Positions 32,859 to 36,942 of a stretch of 36,942 nucleotides of DNA are shown here, in pieces. The notes under the pieces were generated by a model that ran no database searches, had not been told where the DNA came from, and worked only from the letters and a program-made list of their open reading frames with translations. The position numbers and the translations under genes were made by a program. How positions within the stretch are numbered: the first letter of the stretch is position 1; every line of letters starts with the position of its first letter. The stretch is from Paraglomus brasilianum (taxonomy: Eukaryota). Where the stretch lies: contig CAJVPI010000280.1 in the NCBI GenBank assembly GCA_910592345.1, positions 1 to 36,942 of the forward strand. Direction: 5' to 3'.

Positions 32859-34668
32859 TTAGCATATCGAACATTATTGACTTGATTCGATCGGCCTCGC
32901 GTGTTATTGCGTGATTGGCTGTACTATAATCGTGTGACATAATGGATATATACAGTTTAAAGTGTAAGGACAAACATTAAACACCCGTTTAAGCGTTCTG
33001 ACAGAAGTAATTCCGCTAATCCCACAAGTGCAATTTTTAAACGATCTTCAAAACAGAAATTCCGAATGCACGACTACAGAAAAAACTCGTTGGCCATGTA
33101 TTATTTGTGGAGCAGAAGGGTTTGCATGTAAGTTTCGAAAGTTCACTGAAGACGCTTACCGGAAAGCCCTACAGCACGGAACCTTGGATTTTACATGGGT
33201 ATTAAATGTTACTCAGTTCTGTAACAGTCATTACATGAGTTATATTGTGAATGGTATTAATACTGAGAAAAGCGTCAAGACATCTGAGAGCACGGCTTCT
33301 TTAAAGAGACTGGAAAAATAATAATATAGAAGGTGAAGTGATAAGAGACCAAATTGATTGTGATGACGAGAGCTGAAAATGAAGCCATCAGAGGTGAGTG
33401 ACGATGGAGATTAATTTTATTGAATGTGTTAGATCGATGGCGCACATATTTTATGCGAGAGAAAAGAAAGAGACCCACCGATATATGATTGGAAGTTGCT
33501 TCGGGTGGATTTGGAGTCAAAAGACATTCGTCCCAAATCATTCCTCAACCTGCTTGAGAAAGTGGTTAATTCGATGATAGAGGATCATACTATCTCACAA
33601 CGACAGAAAGGTCTCCCATTCTTATGTTATTTTCTCGCAGGGATCGGAAATAAACATATTGGTGCATTGAAAAAAGACATTGCTATGTTTTTGGATTATT
33701 CAGGTACCTCTGATCAAGCAATCGATACTTTATCTAACATGCAGTTGAGTTGGGAGAATCAACGTGAGAAAAAATCATATCTTCTATTCATAGAGATAAT
33801 GTCACAAGAGAGCTTGTAAAGTATCAGGCGGTAATCGCTAATATCGATGATTATCACAACATTCATGGTTTACGCATTCCAACAACTACGTCGACCAGTA
33901 CGGTTGCTCACATGACTACAGTTCTTGCCATCTCGATATCTACAGCAAGTGCGATTCCAAAGAGTGTCGGGATGCAAACATACATAAACCGCGACTGGTC
34001 GACAGTAGTGTTTTGATTACTCAAATAGAAAATCGGTTTATGGCTCTTCTATCTCAATCGTTTAATGATCAGTTTGCAAGAAAACCTGCTTACGCTGAAA
34101 ATGATTTACTTGATAATCTAACAGTTCATTGTTATGACATAGATATCCATGAAAAACGACACAATCGGGAAAAGGACAAAACGTGACAAAAACAAACTTT
34201 CATGCCATCTTGCAACTGTTAATATAGACGTGGATCAACAACATTTGCCAATGCCGTTCAATTCAGAATACCCTCCGTTTGATCCATCAGAAAAATGTCA
34301 TCTTCGGAATTCTTGTAAAATGTTGCAATCGACTTCTGATCAGTCTATTCAGTCTATTCACTTCCGTGTGGCCACATTTATCATCAACATTGCTTGCAAT
34401 ATTTCGAATATAAATGTTTTTATTGTTTAAAGTATATTATATTATTAGCAGAATCACAGATACGAGTACAAGAGTATGGGTGAAGATGATTCTGAGGTTG
34501 GTCTCAGTCAAGAAAACGAGGTTCAATCAGCGGATAATGATGTGAAGTCGAAGACATATCAAAGCAACCACTATTTTAATCTACAAACCGCAAATGACTT
34601 TATATTTTGATCATCAAAGTTCATATAAAATTGGAATTGACCAATCATACAAATGTCTGATATGCTAA
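32859..34668 (+). mobile_element. ~1.8-kb TIR-bounded element carrying a decayed, internally deleted gene (Cys finger, IDDYHNIH domain, RING-H2, acidic tail); probable DNA transposon, possibly KDZ/DUF6589-related
   Basis: TIRs TTAGCATATCGAACATT (32859-32875) and AATGTCTGATATGCTAA (34652-34668) match at 15/17. Inside, across frameshifts: CIICG...FRKFTEDAYRKA...FCNSHY; LCYFLAGIGNKHIGALKKDIAMFLDYSGTSDQAIDTL; ANIDDYHNIHGLRIPTTTSTSTVAHMTT (IDDYHNIH at 33843-33866); LTVHCYD; HLPMPFNSEYPP; LPCGHIYHQHCLQYFEYKCFYC (34361-34426). Confidence 0.7.
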
Positions 34669-36436
34669 TTAGTTATAATAAACATAATAATAAACCACTG
34701 TAGCTTTTTAAATCTCTCGATTCTGGACTTTTATTTGAGAAACGCATATATACGTGGTGCTTCCAGAACATCAGTAGGCAAAAAACGTACAGCGTGTTAC
34801 AAGATAGTGATGGTGAAAAGTAATTGCATTTTTTAATACATGCTTAAGTAAAATCAGGTTACTTGAATATGGGAAATGTAAAAATTGTAGTATGAAACTC
34901 GATCTCTAAATCCCAATTTGTATTTAGCTTCTATGAATATAGTTCAATTATTTACCGTCTCTTAAAGATTGATTCCCATTCCTCAGCCAAAGATCACTTA
35001 ACTCGTCTGTATTCTTGATTCTTAACAATTTGTCACATGTGACTGTTAAGTGGCTAATCGATTACGTTAATCCTGTTTGAGCAGTACAATCTCGTGAGGT
35101 GTGCTTTGAATCATTGTCTTGCTACATGCTAATTTGAGAGTTTCATCCAGGCTGGCAAGTTACCCCTTAGTGTTACATCGCGATTCTCTGCAATGGGCAG
35201 ATTGTTATTACTCTATGTATTGGTTTTTCTCCTTTATGTATACAGTATGTTCGTAAATTATCAGTATCAGGGACGGTGATGAAGTACGTAAAAGTACGTA
35301 AAGCGTATGTTACTACGGTTATCCCACTTGTATGTCATAATTATTTACCGTTTCTATGTTGCGTTCGACAATATACACAATCAATAACATGGAAGTGGAC
35401 ACTTTTTTCTTGATTGATAGAAGCAAAGAGCATAATTGACATCAGAAGTCGACTAAGTTTTTTTTTGATAATGCGAGTGAAGGGGCAGTATACTGTATCT
35501 GTAAATCATTTTTATTTAGTACAACAGCTACATTGCTCACATCTTGTGATGTCTTGTAAACATTCAACTCCGCTCTTATCAGACTCGATCATTATTTACT
35601 AATTACTGTGGCAGAATTTGCATCATATTATAATGTCTTGACATGACATACAATTCTCTAAGTGAATTCGAGATAACCAGATTTACGTATCATTATAATA
35701 GCGTGCTCGTATCGAAATCGAACTGGGCCGGCCCGATTTTGAATCGGGGTGAATTCGCTAGTGCCGCGGCGGTAATAATCAGTAAATATTATAGTCGACA
35801 CTTTTTTCCGACTTTTATTATTATACACTAGGGAGGCTAAAGCGGAGCAATTTCATTGGTTGACACCAATATGGTGTCCGCTTCCAAATTTAGTCCGTTA
35901 TAATTGAAGAATGACTGTACGGCCACACAAACATTTCCGAACTGGAATAATAAATCACTGTTATTACCCATAATTGAGTATTTACCGTGACATTGAATAA
36001 TCCGGCTGTAATAATAACCTTCAGATTGTTTAAGAGAATTGTCCAGAAATACATGTTTATTATTGGTCATAAATCAAAAATTATCATATTTACCTAAAAA
36101 TTAATCTAAATAACCGTGATATAATAATCAAAATTATTACGGGAAAGCGACCATTTATTACACTTTTGGAAAATATTCGTACCCTATTATAATAATTTTT
36201 TTAGGGGTTGAAGCATGTGAGACAATTTAACAAGCTCCAAAAACAAAGTGTCTTTGGTAAAAGTAATTCTTATTATAGATTTTTCGATTTTATACATAAC
36301 TGCGTCAACATCAGATTTATAAAAATAGAGCTGCGGAAGATATCATTCCTCAATGACGTAACCATATTAGTAAAAACAAAGCAATTTGCTCACGATCGAT
36401 CATGTGTTAATCATAGAACTCGGAAATATGAAACTA

Positions 36437-36589
36437 CAGTCAACTCTGTCTGTACCGGCCGGTTTCGCCTTATACCGGTCAAATTTCGCTGTTATATATT
36501 AATCTCACCCCTTATAACGGCTGAATCATATACTGGTCTCTCGTTATAACCGCAAAAACCACTCATGCCGGTATAGACAGAGTTGACTA
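36437..36589. mobile_element. 153-bp pogo/Tigger-type MITE with TA target-site duplication
   Basis: 23-bp TIRs CAGTCAACTCTGTCTGTACCGGC (36437-36459) and GCCGGTATAGACAGAGTTGACTA (36567-36589) with 2 mismatches. TA at 36435-36436 and 36590-36591. Confidence 0.92.
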
Positions 36590-36942
36590 TATTCCTAAAA
36601 TGCGTCTAGCATGTTAATAATACGTGTGTTATTATAATATGATAACCAGCTCATTACCTCATTCAATAACTTACTTTTATGGTATAATTAAAACTGTAAA
36701 CAAACAGGAAAAGAACTAAAACCTCAATAAAGCTTTCTCAATCGGTTAATAAAATAATAAGGCGGCAGACTGTGCTTAAACCCGATTCATAACGATATCC
36801 ACAGTATCATATGAAGGTCCACATATGAAGTTTTTTTTTGTCAATCATCGCCAACAATAAACTTCAAACGCCAAGGATAGAAGTTATGGAAGACGATAGA
36901 TTCTTCACGCTTGGTTACCAGAAAATGGTGCCTTTTTTTTCT

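Noticed and set aside
35761..35780. GTGCCGCGGCGGTAATA resembles the SSU rRNA 515F region
   Set aside because: The match is gapped and the flanks show no rRNA similarity; more likely a TE remnant or chance.
35837..36070. 77-aa ORF, or a spliced small secreted-protein reading (MYFWTILL...)
   Set aside because: Needs a very short (~44-nt) intron and has no recognisable domain.

Overview
AT-rich eukaryotic nuclear DNA with short spliceosomal introns and CTAAC-type branch points. The gene and transposon content suggests an arbuscular-mycorrhizal (Glomeromycotina-like) fungus; this is an inference. The window is gene-poor and mostly decayed transposons. I can reconstruct four apparently intact spliced genes: a 112-aa two-repeat Myb gene with a micro-exon and a GC-AG intron (2319-2943 +), and three minus-strand orphan genes (10093-10551, 16360-17227, 28750-29332). 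The first two orphans share an exactly spaced CxKC-x12-R[IL]GxIExL motif. Relics include pogo/Tigger, mariner and Tc1 transposase fragments, several MITEs, a LINE-like insertion with a 16-bp TSD, a frameshifted AAA-ATPase-like gene and a Myb paralog pseudo-exon. Two signals stand out. (i) A bacterial XerC/D-type tyrosine-recombinase fragment (27698-27915 -) has TGA at a Trp-typical position, suggesting DNA from a Mollicutes-type endobacterium. (ii) A ~1.8-kb TIR-bounded element (32859-34668) encodes a decayed Cys-finger / IDDYHNIH / RING-H2 protein and is probably a poorly characterised DNA transposon family. No rRNA, tRNA or CRISPR was seen. All translations and alignments were done by eye.
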